From Phyllosticta citribraziliensis (lineage: Eukaryota), in assembly GCF_038025025.1 (NCBI RefSeq), contig NW_027117342.1, positions 2,108,001 to 2,172,000 on the forward strand: a DNA stretch of 64,000 bases, in the 5' to 3' direction. The notes beneath the pieces were generated by a model. It was not told the DNA's origin and ran no database searches. It saw only the letters and a list, made by a program, of their open reading frames with translations. The position numbers and the translations under genes are program-made. This document shows, piece by piece, positions 1 through 13,714 of the stretch (its first letter is position 1; each line of letters starts with the position of its first letter).

Positions 1-432
1 ACATGTGTGGTTATGGAAGCATAAGGAAGGGCGTTTGGATCACTGCATAGGAGCATGGCGTTGGCTTGGGCAGGGACTACTTCTCGCGCCGAGTTGTAGT
101 ACATGAGACTGGCTACATCCATTACGATGCTGGAAGGCCAAGTTCATGGGCTGGAATTGCCACTTGGAGTTTGATGCACCCTGCAGAAAAGTCGGCCATT
201 CCGCAGGAGCAGTTGAAACGCCGAAACCGTACATGAATCGCTACATGATACCATCACATCAGCATTGTTCAATAGACATTTTGTCGTCTCGGACTTCCGT
301 TTACGTGCAAGACTAGGTGATGGAAGGTGGATCCAGCCCCGGCGGCATCTGGACCCTTTTCGGTACGTCTGCTTGGACCATCGCGTTACCAAGTACCCGC
401 CCTCGCGCCCCGCCAGCCTTACCACCACAACA

Positions 433-1340
433 ATGTCGTCCATCAAACTTCAGAGCATCATCACTCCCGCCATTCTGAATTCCTTGAGGACGCAACCTCA
501 TCTTGCCCGCCATTGGTACTATGTCGCGGGTGTCACTCTTTCAGCATTGAATAGGCCCGATGAAGTTCCCAACTTGCTTATCTCGGCACTCAAAGACAGC
601 GCCTCACCAACCATCGCCGATGGCGGTTTGGGGCTGAGTCTCGAGGAGCAACTTTACATTATTCGGCGACTGAGAGAAGGCTTGATCAAATCTGCCGCTG
701 TCGTGGGGGTGCCCAAGGTATGCTCAATCGAGGCTTCCAGGCCCATCGCCATCATTAAGCTGCAGTCTCACGATTCCAAACAGGTCATCAATGCCCTCTT
801 GGCCCTCAAGTCTGCCACGCCTGAAAATTTGCTCGATGAATCCCCTGATTCGTCCCCAACTGGTCGACGCGCCGAGGTTTACTGCCAATCTTTTTCGTCA
901 GTCTGGAAGCGAGGCCAGCTGTTTTTCGAAAAGGTCTACGGCAAAATTTCGAAACGCGTCATGGGTCAGATGGATCGCTCTGGCACCGAGGACCTGGGCC
1001 TGGCTGCGCGTCTAATGTACGGGTACATTCTATCAAATGAGAAGGTACTCGACGCGAAAGAAACGAGCTTTGTGTGCATTGCGGGTTTGATACCCCAAGA
1101 CGTGCGTAGATCATGGGATTGTCTGTGTCTTTGGAACTGAACACTGATTCATTGCAGGTCAACCCTCAACTTAAAGGGCATCTCAGAGGCGCGTTGAACA
1201 ATGGCGCAACGGTCGAGGAAGTTCGCGCTGTGAGGGATGCTGTCATTCAAATTTGTCAAGCGGCGGGCATGGCAATGCTGGCAGAGGACGCAGCGGGCGG
1301 ATGGGGATGGAGAGAAGAGATTGCCAACGTCAAGGCTTGA
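433..1340 (+). CDS. AhpD/carboxymuconolactone decarboxylase-like protein (Pxp2-like fungal family)
   Basis: ATG 433; introns 718-783 and 1102-1157. The spliced product has WYYVAGVTLSALNRPDE, LREGLIKSAAVVGVPKVINAL and DVNPQLKGHLRGALNNGATVEEV, typical of fungal AhpD-like/CMD proteins. TGA at 1338-1340. Confidence 0.8.
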
Positions 1341-4300
1341 CAGGCCTCGTCAAACAGACTGCTCAAGTCTCCATCATCCATCTGTTCTCGTGAAGTCCGA
1401 GTTGCCACCACCTCCCCCGCGTCTCGAAGTCTCGGCGAGGATTAGATACGGAGATTGTCTTCCTACATCGCCCTATCCGGTTTCCCCTGCATACATTCCC
1501 TTTGCCTTGCACCTCTGCTTACAACCTCTGCGCTTTCCTGGCCTATTTCGCTGGACATGACCGAATCCCACAGCACCCAAACCCCCGGCGTCGGAACGCG
1601 CACGCATATACAGGACAACATGCCTGCCTCTCACGTTCTCGACGACCGAATCGAATTGAAGTACGGGTGCTCACCGCACCCTGTATGCTTCCGCCACTGC
1701 GACAATTCCCGTATCCGCTTGCTCGTATCCCGAGATCCGGCGTCCACACTGCCCTTACATCTCCCTTCCACCAAGCACGACACGGGAGCGCGGAAATCCA
1801 CAAGAATAGTGTCATCGTCATCAAGCGTTGACAGCAAAATTGGCAAAGAAATCCGACCGTCTCTTGTCCGTCGGCGGTGTCGCACGGCGCCGCGCGAGCG
1901 ATCAGGCGAATGAGTGGGTAAGATGAGTCCGGGAGGCTTACGGGAGCAAGCACGCCGAGCCTTGCCTCGCTTTCGCCTTTCCCCTTTCCAACCATCATTG
2001 ACCCCTGCGTCGGAGTCGCTCGGGACATCTCTCGTCATCCCCCTTTTGTTCCTGGGTGGTACCTGCTTGCGTGCTGACGGGGACGAGGCAGCAGATGGGC
2101 ATTGTTCGCAAGGCATCAATCATCTCACGCGGTCCTTGCCAACTTTCCGTGCCAACTGTACGCGCAAGAGGTGCGTTGGTACACGCTTTGAATCCTTCTC
2201 CAGAAACAAGGTCTCTTGCTCTCCCTATTACTGTCCACCGTCTCACGTCAATGTGCCCCCATAATCTGCAACGCGCTTCACCACCATCACCACCGACCGG
2301 TCGGTCCATCCGTCTTCTAGACTCTGCTGATCCCATTCACTACTGTCGTGACGCCTTCCTTTCGCTTGCTGTCTGAGACGTTCTATACACATGTTCCTTC
2401 GGCTGCTGTGTCTTCATTGGCTGCTTGTTCGGTTCAAGATTTCGAGCCTTGAGTTGATTGGACACGTTGCTGCGTCTCGTTATGCATGAGTCACAACACA
2501 CACACAGAGGCATGCACAGTTGACGAATGAGGTAGAGCATAGCAGTGAGAGTTTAGCAGAGTGTAGTGGAGGGTGAGAAAGTCTTTGAAGAATCACGGAT
2601 GCAGCATGCACACACCAAGCAAGCTCCAGTATTTGGAAAAGTGAAAAAAGGAGGGATGGTGGGAGATCGAGGATCAAGAGCAAGCGGGATGAAGTGCATT
2701 GAATCTGACTGACCGGCCAGACTGCCCTGGGAGTTCTGGCTTCCACACGCGGTCAGTCGCTCTTGATTTGCGGATTCTGATTCGCTGGTCGTCGAGTATC
2801 AACTTTCTTCCTGTTTTTCAATTTTGGTACTTGGTCTCTGGCTCTTCGCTCTCCTTTGTTCTCGCCGGCTACACAAGAACGCGCACGAGCACGAGAGCAG
2901 TCTCGCGACGACGAACCAAAATACGAAACTGGCCTGGCTCCTCTCCCTTTAGCATCTCGAGTACCTCTGAATGGTCGGAGGCATGAGAGTCGAGAGACGA
3001 CACGAAACGGGAGCACGAGAAGGATCGTGGACCCGCACGCTATAGGTGATGAGTCGGGCAATGGTGCGAGGCCAGAAAGAGGCGAGGGTGTGTCGAGTCC
3101 GATTTGTTGTGATCGAAGCCTTGACTGAAGGATGGATGGGATGTCGCCGAAAAGCATGGAGGGCGTTGATCAATTGATTGATTGACAGACTGACCAACTG
3201 ACGTCGTCGGGCAAGCAGGGAGGAGGCCAACAAGATGCGGCGCCGCGCACCCACCCGCGCACGAGACTCGACGAAAAAAGAAAAGAAAGGATTTGGAACG
3301 ACGTCGGAAGCCCACGCCAACCATTCATTCGTCGGGCTCTAGCTATGGTGGGCAGCGGAGATGGTGCCCAGTTGGGACAGACGGACGACGACCGACACTC
3401 TCACTCACGAGGGAGGGCTTCCAAGACATTGGCATGCTACCTACTACATAGTTCTAACTATGTATGTGCAAGGTAAAAAAGGGCCAAGGGCAAAAGGCGT
3501 CGCGTCGTACATGCTTCTACCTACATGCGTACGTGCGCACGGGACCTGGGGGGCTTTCTGCTGCCCGGTTTCGAAGGGGAATGCTATGCGAAGCCGTTGT
3601 GCTACCACCCTCTCGCTCTCTCTCGCTGCCCACGCATTACCAACCCTGCTGTAGGAGAAGGACGATGATGGCAAAGAGGGAGTGCCTCGTGCGAAGAAGG
3701 GGGCCGAATGCTACCGCTGCTGCCCGCCCGGCTGCCAAACCATGGGCGCACAATGCTCGCCAATCAATCCGTCATCACCGACAATCAGGAAGCGAATGGG
3801 CCACGACAGGTGTGATGGTCAGGACAGCGGCGGACTGAGGAAACGTGTGGTGGTTGGGTTGGTTGGTCGGTCGGTTAACCAACTCTCGCCTACTGCTGCT
3901 GTACTGCTGCTGCTGCTGGCCAACTGACCTTGCGAAAGGGCAAATACGACTGCTACTACTACCGCTACCACCGTCGCCGTCCGCTGCTGTCTCCCCATCG
4001 TCGCGTGCGCGTCAACTGAGCACCGTGTCCGCACACACAAAGAGCAGGCAAGCAAGCAGGTCATTTATCACCCACCGTACCTTGCGCTCGCTTCGGCCGA
4101 GGCGACGCGAGGTGAGGCAACTACATACGCGGCAATATTACTTTGTGCGTTGTCCACTCTACCATTTCCCAGATGAATGCCAGACAGTCACGAGCGAGCA
4201 ACCAACCGACCAACCCACGGATGAAGTAAATGGCCCCAGACGAGTCGGTGCGCGCGCGCGCGCGCATCCCAAACCCTACGGCGCGCTTGCTCTGCGCCCC

Positions 4301-6173
4301 GACACCACCGACTGACACCGACCGGCTGTCTGGTGTCACGCACCTCGCCTTTGTTCGGGCGCACCGTACGCAGGACGGACGACGAACGCACGTAGTGTGG
4401 GCAGGCAAGTGTCCAACCAATGTAACGCGGACCGCGCGGACGGGACTGAACAGACAGACGGGCGTCGGATTCGGACGACGGGCATACGTCGTCGCTATGC
4501 TTTCTTTCATGCCGTGGTGGGTTGGTTGCACTCACCGCCGGCGCCGGTGCTGTAGTGAGTGGTGATGATGGTGTTGTTGATTTGCTTATTTTCTTGCTTT
4601 CTTGCTGCTCACGAGGAAGAGGGAGGCCATCGCGTCGCGTCGCATCGCATCGGTTCTCGTCTGCTGGCGCATGTCCCTTGGCCATGTTCGCATGGATTGA
4701 GTCGTACCTCTGGGGATGCGGGCGTCCCTCGTCGGCCCCTGCGTCACTGTGCTGCATCACGATACCCCAGCCATATGGCCCTACCTACCTACATTTGATG
4801 CATGTATTTGTCTATGTCACAGACGAACCAAGTAGTGCATTTGCTTGGAGCAAGCAAGAAGGCAATAGAGCAGAGCAGAGCAAAGCAACAATTCAACCCA
4901 TCTCGCGCCCGCCGCGCCACGCAGATAAAACAAGGAAAAGTCCCCATGCGAGCGGTAGTAGTAGCAGCAGCAGCAAAAATGCATTCATTCCACCCACACC
5001 CAAGAAACAGGTAACCAACCGATCAACCGCCAGCCCTTTACGGTCAATCAATCAATCAATCAGTCGCGTGGGTGCACGCAAGCGCCAATCCTCCCTCCTC
5101 CTCCTCGCAGATCTGACAGCAGACAGAAAGACGGCGTGCGTGCGTGCGTGCGTGCGTCCATGCCCTGATCTTCCCGGCCGGCCGAGCTGCATCTCCCTGC
5201 CCTACCCTGCCCGCCTTTTCCCCCCTTGCTTCCGAACCGAGCTCGCTCGCGAGCGAATGACTGGCGTGCAGTGCAGGCATGATTCCAAAAAGGCGCCGAC
5301 CAATCGGCGTGGAGGGAGGAGGGAGGGCAGCGAAGAAGTGGTGGGTGTGTGAGTAGTAGGTAGGTTGACAACCCACCTTGATGGAGAGAAAGCAACCTGG
5401 AGTCGGCGTCGGCGTCGGCGTCCGTGGACTTGCTCTTACTAATGTAGACTGTCTGGTTGGCTGCCCGGCTGGCTTTGTTTGTGCTGCGGCGGTGCATTGC
5501 GTTGAAAAAGCAGGAACAGCAGGAACGAGGACGAGTGTTTCGAGGGCGTTTTGAAGCTGCAGCTGCCCAATCGACCATGACTACATACCTACCCAAGATA
5601 CATACGTATCCACGCATCGACAAGGAGAGAGAAAGAAGGTGGGTCGGCGGGCAGCATATGCCACCCCATCCCCCTCCTCTCTTCCTCTCCTCATCCCCAT
5701 GGATGACGCGAAAGCATTGCCCCGTCCACAGCGTCCTCAGAACCAGCACCGCAGTGCGGCGAATCGGACCCGCAGGCCGCAAATGACGAGCGGGAGGAAG
5801 GGCAAAGCTGTGCGTGTACACGTCTACACGTTGTGGGGTGGTCGGTGGCCATGTTTCTCTCCCAAACCGCAGACGGGGATGAGGATGGTTTGATATTCCC
5901 AAGGTACCTACCCCCTACCTACCTACCTACCTACCTGCATACGGCAAATTCCTCTCCCCTCCTCACCACGTAGCGTGGACCGGGACCTGGAATTCCTGGA
6001 CGGCAGGGAGGGTGCGTTGCCAGTTGCGGCATTCGCCGTCGATGTCTGTAATTTTTGTCGATTTTCTTTTGTGGAGTTTTCTTTTGTTTTTCGTGTCTTT
6101 CCCCTGTCGGATTGCGATTGCGATTGACGGCGAGACACGTGGAGGTGCCGTGGGGTTGGTGCCGTGGTAGTGT

Positions 6174-6195
6174 GGGGGGGGGGGGGGGGGGGGGG
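6174..6195. repeat. poly-G tract (22 nt)
   Basis: Homopolymer seen directly in a non-coding region. Confidence 0.95.
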
Positions 6196-9100
6196 CAGCT
6201 GTGTTGGACCTGGGAGGCGGGACCTGGTAGATGTAGGAACGTTACCGGGAATTGCAGATGGGCAAGGGGAGGGGAGAGAGGAAAAAGCAGTGCGGAAGAT
6301 TCGCTGTTTCGAAGGAAGGTGCCGTGGATGGTAGTAAAGAGAGAGTGGGCTAGAGGGAATGGGAAGAGAAGGAATGGAGATGACGGAGACGAAAGAGAGT
6401 TGCAGTAGAGTCAATTCAATAGGACCGTTCGACGTACAGTCTAACGCCCCCTCCTTCTTCCCCCCCTTCCTCCAAAGCCCCATCCATCGCCACCCCGCAG
6501 AGCAGCCGACCGTACCCACCTACCCGATTTCTCAGCATTTACAATCACTCCTCCCCTCCCCTCCCATCGCATCGAATAAAAGCCGACGGCAATCACGTTC
6601 CACCGCGTCCATCTGCTGCATCAAGCCACGCCACACGACGCCGCGCCGCGTCCTGCAATGTCATGCCCTCACCCATTACCGTCCGTCTCGCATGGGCATT
6701 GCGTCGCGTTGCATCTCGCACACACGTGCGGGGCGGATAGGCACTGTCTGCCCGCAGCATACATGGCTACGGACAAGCGCAGGCAGACAGAAAGGCAGGC
6801 AGGAAAAAGTGGAGACTTTGCCTATCCATTTGTGTAGATCGGTGTTGTGGATATTGGTTCGCCGACTCGTATTTGCTGTCGATGAGGCGGGGAAAAGCAT
6901 GGAGAGGGGAGGGAAGAGTGAGGCGGAGAGAGAGGAGAAGGGGCGCGGGCAGGGGGGAGAGCAAGGAAGGGGAAGGGGATATGACGTAGCCTAACATGTA
7001 TCCGGCATGCCTGACGCTATGCTATGCCATGCCATGTTATGCAGTGCGGAAGCTGTGCAGCGGATGGGATATGGGAGAAGGAGGCATGAGGAAGGGGTGG
7101 AGGTATGTGTGAGGTACGGAGGTAGACGATCAAGTGTTGTGTAGATCCAGAGGAGACTGAGAAAGACGGGGGAAGAAAAGAAGTCCTGTACACGTACGCA
7201 GCTCTACAGCATCAACCACAGAGCTCCCTCCCACCAACAAACTCACCTCACCCAATTACATAGCGCCGCAGCACCCATTCAACCTACCTACATTTCCACA
7301 TGTCAACAGTCGTACTACAGACGAGCAAAGACGGGACGGAGCAACGCAGGCAGACCAAGCCAGACCAGTCCAGCCTGCCCGCAGGACACATGAATACGTA
7401 TGGTATGTGCCTACCCGTCCAGAACACGCACACATACAGGTAATAAATGCAGCGTCGCGCGTGTGGGCGGCGTGCCTGATCGGCACGGCGTGGCGGCGGT
7501 GATGCGCTGCGCTGCGCGAGTGCGGGAGAGAGAGCAAGCGAGTGAGCCAGCGAAGCAATGAAGCAGGTGTTTGGTTGGTTGGCGAGACGGACGAGGCGTC
7601 GACAGAGGAGGGAAGGAAGCTGCGTCGGATCGGGTCCGTCCATCTTGCTTGCCTGCCCGCGACGATCCTCTCTCTCGCCAGACCAGACCCACCCAGTTGA
7701 CGACGCGGTTGCGGACCAAGTGCGTACAGTACACACTGGCCAATGGCCAATGCACCCGCTCATCGCCCATCGCTCGATCTGCTCCTTTTGCAATGCGTGT
7801 GGCTGCCAGAACATCGCTTGGCTGGCGCGGGTGCAGCGCGGATCCGATGCTCATCGCCAGACGGTATTGGTTGGGTGGGGCGCGCGCATGCATGCATGCA
7901 GCCTACCGAGATGGCGGCGCCGGTCGGTGGAGTAAAGTAATGGAAAGACTGGAGATGGACAGAGAGGGTATGCAAAGTAGAGGGAGGGTGTATAGATTGT
8001 GTGTTATTATTATGATGTCGGGCAAGATATTCGGTGGCCTTGGATGCAGTGAGGTGGTGGTGGTGGCTTCGGAGGGCGCCTGGGTAGCGGCAGTTCAACG
8101 AAAGACGGTGCCAACAAACGCTCTGAGACAGGGTGACGAAAGAGAATCAGAGTGGAGACATAGCTGTGAGAGGAGAGAGGAGGCTGGCAAAGTTTTTCGG
8201 CCCCCGCGCGTCGCAGGGCAGGGCAGGGCACAGAAGACGTATTACGTCGGTTGTGGAGGGACCCGAGGCACTGGGGCGCGGGCTCCCTGTCTGCTTGGGT
8301 TGGGTAGGTTGGTTGCTGTGCTGCAGGCGACGCGTGCCGGCCTCGTGTTTTGCTTCTCGCTGTCCGACGAGACGGGCCCCCTGCCAGCCATGTATGTCCG
8401 TGTTGCTAAAACCAGTGCCTGACAGACGAGAGAGCCCTCATTTTCTTCCAAATCAACTGCCCACTTCCCCCCAGAGAGCTAAACAGGGACTCGGTGCAAG
8501 CGCTTACCTCACTGCCTGCTGCACTGCACACACCCCCCAGCTCGTCCAGCTTGCATGATCGCTCTTTGTTACTGCTCACTCACCACGGCCAGTTTTGCTA
8601 CAACAACGACCATATTAACCACGCGAAGGGGGAGCTAATTCTGGAGGCGGGCCGCAGTGGCCGCCGGATCCCCCCTCGCAGCTGATTGGTTCTATTCGCA
8701 GCAGCCGGCGGACGAAAAGCTGTCCGTCGCAAGAAACGGGGCAAAGAGGTTAAGCGCTGACGGATTGGGCCGGGCTGCGAAGTGCTCTAGAACCCGGCCG
8801 CGCACGTTGGAGGTAGCTGTCAGCCCCATCAAGTGACCACCACCGTGACGGCCGGCGACAGACAGGTGACGGGCCGAGAGAATGGTGATCCCTCTCTAGC
8901 ACCACCCAGCGACATGGGCTCCTATTTTGCCTAGAGTTGAACGGATAGCCAGGGTAAATTCCCATCGTCTTTTTTCAGCGCGGCCAACAACCAGCTGGCT
9001 GGGTACGTTGCCCAGCGCGGCGGTAAGGAGACCGGTGTCCGAAAATTCCTAGTAGTCTGTCAGCAGGACTGGTCTGGGTTGACGGTCGTGGGGGCGGCTG

Positions 9101-11839
9101 TCTAGCGTTGACAATCATGGTCATGTCGCCCTACTGCATGAAGAGATTGCAAGGAATGGGGACCCCCGTGTGTCGAGTGCATGTAGATGGGATCGAGAAT
9201 GGGGCGCTCAATGGCATTGCAGGCGCCATGGAAACGACCATGTGCAAAATGCAGCAGGCGCGTCGAGATCAAAGATGTTGGAATCAAGGAACTTTGCATT
9301 GACCCGCCCGTGGCCGGCGGCGCCGCACGGATCTCGGTGAGAGCGGCGAATCGTCTTGTCGTCTTTGCTTTTTCTCGCTCCTCCAATTCCTCTGCCTTGC
9401 CAATAATGAGTGGAGGTGGAGGGGCCAGGCGGATGGGTAGGCGACTGGGGTGCGGCAGACGGGCCGCAAGTTTCCTCATTGTTGGGCTTCGAAAGGGTCC
9501 GGTCTAGTCTGCGGTCGAGGTGCCGCCAGAGCCGTGCCCAGTGCATGTTTCCCTGTCGAGCCGTGTGCTTCGCCTCGACGGGCCAGACTGGGTTTGTTTC
9601 ATGAGCAATGCCGAGTCTTCGTTCATGATTCGGGTGCTTTGGGAGGCCGGGTGCGTGCCGTACGTCGACGGTAAGGACGCTGGGATGGCGAGTTGGCGCA
9701 ATGGTGGGGAAGCGGGAGAAAGAGGAGGAAAATAGAATTTGTGTGACGTGCGCACCATGCACGGTCTATTGGTCTGATGTAAGTAAGCACCTTGAGACAA
9801 TGGGGAAACGGTGCGCGAGGTGCAGATGAAGGATGAAGAAGATGTTTGTCTGTTTTTAGCAACCGTCATTCATGAGCGTTTCGTCTGGGTGGAGAGAGCA
9901 GTCGGTCGGATGAACATGTCGCCTGTCAGCTCGCCGTTGGTGGTGAGAGCAGAGTCAGACGAGTGCGGCACGAGTCTTGTCTGGTCTGCGAGTGTGAGGG
10001 GTGACAGTTGGGGAACTAGGCCTACCCCATGGTGCGGTTCCAGCGGTACGAGCCGTCCTGCTCACCACGCCGTCGGTGCCGCCACGGAAAATTCTGTTCA
10101 GGCTGCCCTTGTCTTCCAGATGGCCTCAGCCACGGCGCACGGCTGATCTTTCTGCAAGGCGCCTCGTAGACTTTGGGCGAAGCGCTTGGGCAAACTAAAA
10201 GTCGACCCACGCTTAGCTCTTTGGCGGCAAGCTTGCGATGCCCTGGGCCCAGTGGGTCGCGGTGCGTGCGAGATGCGGTCGGAGAGGAGACTCTTTTGTC
10301 CATGATGCAAATTGTTCCACTTTCGCGCAGTCGAGAAGAAAAGGGGTTGCGACGCGGTGGGACTTGGGATTGATGGAGTCGTCGCGACGTGGAGAGCGGA
10401 GTGGAGCAGATACGGAGGCGATCGCCTTTCCTGATTCGGCATGAATCGAGACCCATGGGCCAAGAGGTGATCAGGGGAGACCAGGACCCTGACTAGCTTT
10501 TGGTCTCTTGTGCATCGGCGTCTCCGATAAGACCGTGGTGGTGAGCATTTCTCCGCCGCCGTCTTCCTTGCCACTTGCACTTGATAGCAAGCGATGGTAT
10601 GACGGCGTTTGTGGTGCTGGTTGGAGCGCGTGTGGCGAGGCAGCGCAGAGGCGTAGCCACACCACAGGGCGCGAGAGGGATGCCCTTGTAGCGGCGTCAG
10701 CGCCGGGCCCCGCGAAGCTTGGCAGTCCCCAACCTAGCCCAGCGCAGACTAACCACCCAGTCAGGCGGGCATCCCAGTGCCTCCAACTGCCCACGGCCAC
10801 TCGACTCGACGCCACGATACAGGGCACGGCCGGGGAAAGCAAGCGGCGGCGGCGTCAGGAAGATGCCGGGGCAATGGGAGCCAAAGCTCGCCTCACGTCT
10901 GCGTCCGTGGAGACATGTTGTCCAATTGCTGCGCCTTGAATTGCGCGAGCGACGGCAGCGCGGTGGGGTGCAAGTCAGGGGTACCTTTTCCAATGCGTCG
11001 AGGACCCTTGTTGGCCCATGTTTGGCTAGCCTGGCAGGCCGGAGCTGGCTCCTTTGGCCGTTCTTACCAGCTGCGCGGGCTCTGGCTTCCAAGCGAAGAG
11101 AGGCAAGAAAATCGTGAGCGACCGTGTCGCAATGACCCACGCACGCGCGGGATCAGCGTCCCGTCCCAGCTGAGGGGATTCTGGGATCAAAAAAAGACCC
11201 GAGCAGAAGGCATTGGCTGAGGAGCACAAGAGCCTCATCGACGGCTTGCCTAACCGATGAAGCCAAGATGATGAGGTTCCATGGCCGTGGGACTCGACCT
11301 GGAGTGGTGCGAGCAGGTGGGCAAGAGTGGCGGCGTTGAGAGGCGCGAGTCTGACAGCAAGTCGTAGCGACGACCATTCTTCTCGCAGTAGCGTGGGTTG
11401 TTTGGTCAGGCGTTTGGCCGCGTCAAAGTCTATCGGAATGCCAAGTCCACATTCTGCGTGGTCTGGCCCACAATGGCATTGCGAGTCGACGGGCGTGATC
11501 AGCAGGAATTGCGCAGACATCTGGCGCAGGCGTGGTGTTGAGCGAGGATTAGGTGCCGTGTGATGCTATTCTAAATTTCGGACGATTCAGCATGACGACC
11601 TGGGCTGAGGTGGAGTGGAGGTGCTTCAAGGCGGCCGTCTGGCTGGTGCTGGGGTCAAGGGTCAGCGAGGGGACCCTTGGGACAGGTGGGCGGGAGCTGG
11701 CGCCGCCGTCGCCAATTCCGCCAAACCGGCGCAGCCAACGGAACAGCAGAGGCGACGGGCCACGTTGGTGCGCTGGTCAGGCACCGGGCAGGCATGCATG
11801 GCAGGGCAGGGCAGGGCAGACAAAGAAACGAGGGCAAAA

Positions 11840-11859
11840 GGGGGGGGGGGGGGGGGGGG
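11840..11859. repeat. poly-G tract (20 nt)
   Basis: Homopolymer seen directly. Confidence 0.95.
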
Positions 11860-13404
11860 AAGGGAAAAGCGAAAGCGAAGGCTTGCCCAGGCGAAAAAGC
11901 ACTGCTGGGGTGCATCGGCTGTCTCAAGCGCGCTCCCACACAAAACAATGGGCCCAAAGAAATGCTGACTGCCAGCCGAGGGCAAACGCTGAGAATGTTT
12001 CGAGGAGCGTCCCTGACTTGAAGTTGACAGGCGTCGTACGTATACGGGCATGTTTGGGGACGACGAAGGATTTGCAACCATCCCTGTCGGGATTTCCATG
12101 ACCGCACTCAATGTGAAGATCAGGCAGCGAAGCCATGTGGAAAAGGACACAGCAGAGGGCCAATTTTAGTCGGGATTCTGTAGCCGATGCAAAGTAGGGA
12201 CAAACAGACAGACAGCGTTTGACGGATGGCGGGCAATGGTGGACGCCATTACGGAGAGTCGCAGCCAACCAGTGGGCAGAGACGGGGCAAGGAAGGCAGT
12301 GAAAGGAATAATGACACGGAAGGTGAAGATGGGATGGGATGGGGAGCGATGCGATGCGATGCGATGCGGGAAACGCAGCATCCGCGCCCGGCGGGTCGGT
12401 GCTGTGATGGAGGGTTACATGAGTTGGTCGAACAGCCCTATCCAAGACGGTGGAGAAGAGGGAAACGGAGCCCAGGGGACATGGGACCCGCGAGAAGGGC
12501 ACGAGGCGCATGGGGGCACGTGATGTCGGTGACGACATGAGGTGCAATGAGGGACGGGAACCAAGTGAAGGCCCAGATGGAGGCACGCAGGTCCCGACAG
12601 CGACAGCGACGTGGGAGACGGTGAGCTGGGTCGGAATAGGGCTCGAGCAGCGTCACGTCACGCCGCGTCGCATGCACCCGGATTGGGAGAATGCTATCAT
12701 TAGGCAAGAATCACTTTGCTGCCATTCCATTGCACAGCCACGGCCAGACGGTCGCACAGCCATCGGAGCAACGACACGACACGACACGACACGACCGACA
12801 CGACTGGACCGACATGGGCTCCGGACGACGCGGCACTCGGCCTTTCCGGCTGCCAGGATCGCTGGACAACCGCTTTGTAGGCAGCAGACTGCGAGACTCC
12901 CAAAGCGCATGAGGGAAGAAGCGAAGAGGGGAGAACCAGAAGAGAAGACACTGGGCCATGGTACCAGCCGTTGGTTATTGGCATTGGCAGCACAAGCCGA
13001 AAGCAGCAAGAGCAGACGAGGGTCGAGTATTGACCGCAAGCGGGCACTCAGAGTCCCTGTGGCCTGTGGCCTGTGGCCTGTGGCCTGTGGATGCCCCGGC
13101 CAAGTGGCGCATCCCCCACTCCACTGGCTCGGAGCGCGCGATCGCGCCAGGGACTGTCAACCACCATGACTTCTTCTGCCCTCCGCCTGTCTCTCCAATT
13201 CTCCTAGCCTCCCTCCACTGCCTCCGGCTCGCACTGCACAAGCGTCCCCGTTTCTGCTGACTTCCGATCCATACATTACGCTCTCGCAAGATATAAGCCC
13301 GTCCCCGACCCCGACCCCGACCCCGGCCACATCCCTCGCCCTCGCCCTCGCCCTCGCCCTCGCCATGCCCATTGATCCAACCTATTGATCCTCCCGTCCG
13401 CCCG

Positions 13405-13407
<3 letters not shown>

Positions 13408-13444
<37 letters not shown>
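13408..13444. repeat. poly-C tract (37 nt) upstream of the C2H2 TF
   Basis: Homopolymer preceded by a TATA-like TATAAG (~13293) and (CCCGAC)n and (CTCGCC)n repeats. Confidence 0.95.
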
Positions 13445-13447
<3 letters not shown>

Positions 13448-13714
13448 CCCCGTCCACACCAAATCCAAGGCGCCCGGTCCATCTCGCATCACCCACCTGG
13501 CCCCATCCCTCTCAGCCTTCTTCAAGGTGAAACCCTCCCTCCACCCCATGCAAAAACATCACTGCCCGCACCCATACCTGCTCTGCACACCTCACCCACT
13601 CCCGCTGCCGTCTTATATTTAGTCCCTCGCCGCCCCAATCCTCCACCACCATCCATATGCTAACCAACATTCCCATCCAGACGGTTCTCTGATCTCAGAG
13701 GCGTCCCCACCACC

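Noticed and set aside
40..446. Short minus-strand ORFs at the window start
   Set aside because: No recognisable motifs; too little context to call a gene.
1338..1445. TGA-CAG stop of the AhpD-like gene as a readthrough giving a cryptic PTS1
   Set aside because: The ~34-codon extension ends GED, not a PTS1, and I saw no clear downstream hairpin.
4932..4947. GAAAAGTCCCC resembling the RNase MRP P4 motif
   Set aside because: No matching 3' P4 strand found downstream.
1455..13663. Numerous 60-280 aa ORFs on both strands
   Set aside because: Low-complexity translations of GC-rich, microsatellite DNA with no domains or consistent splice structure.
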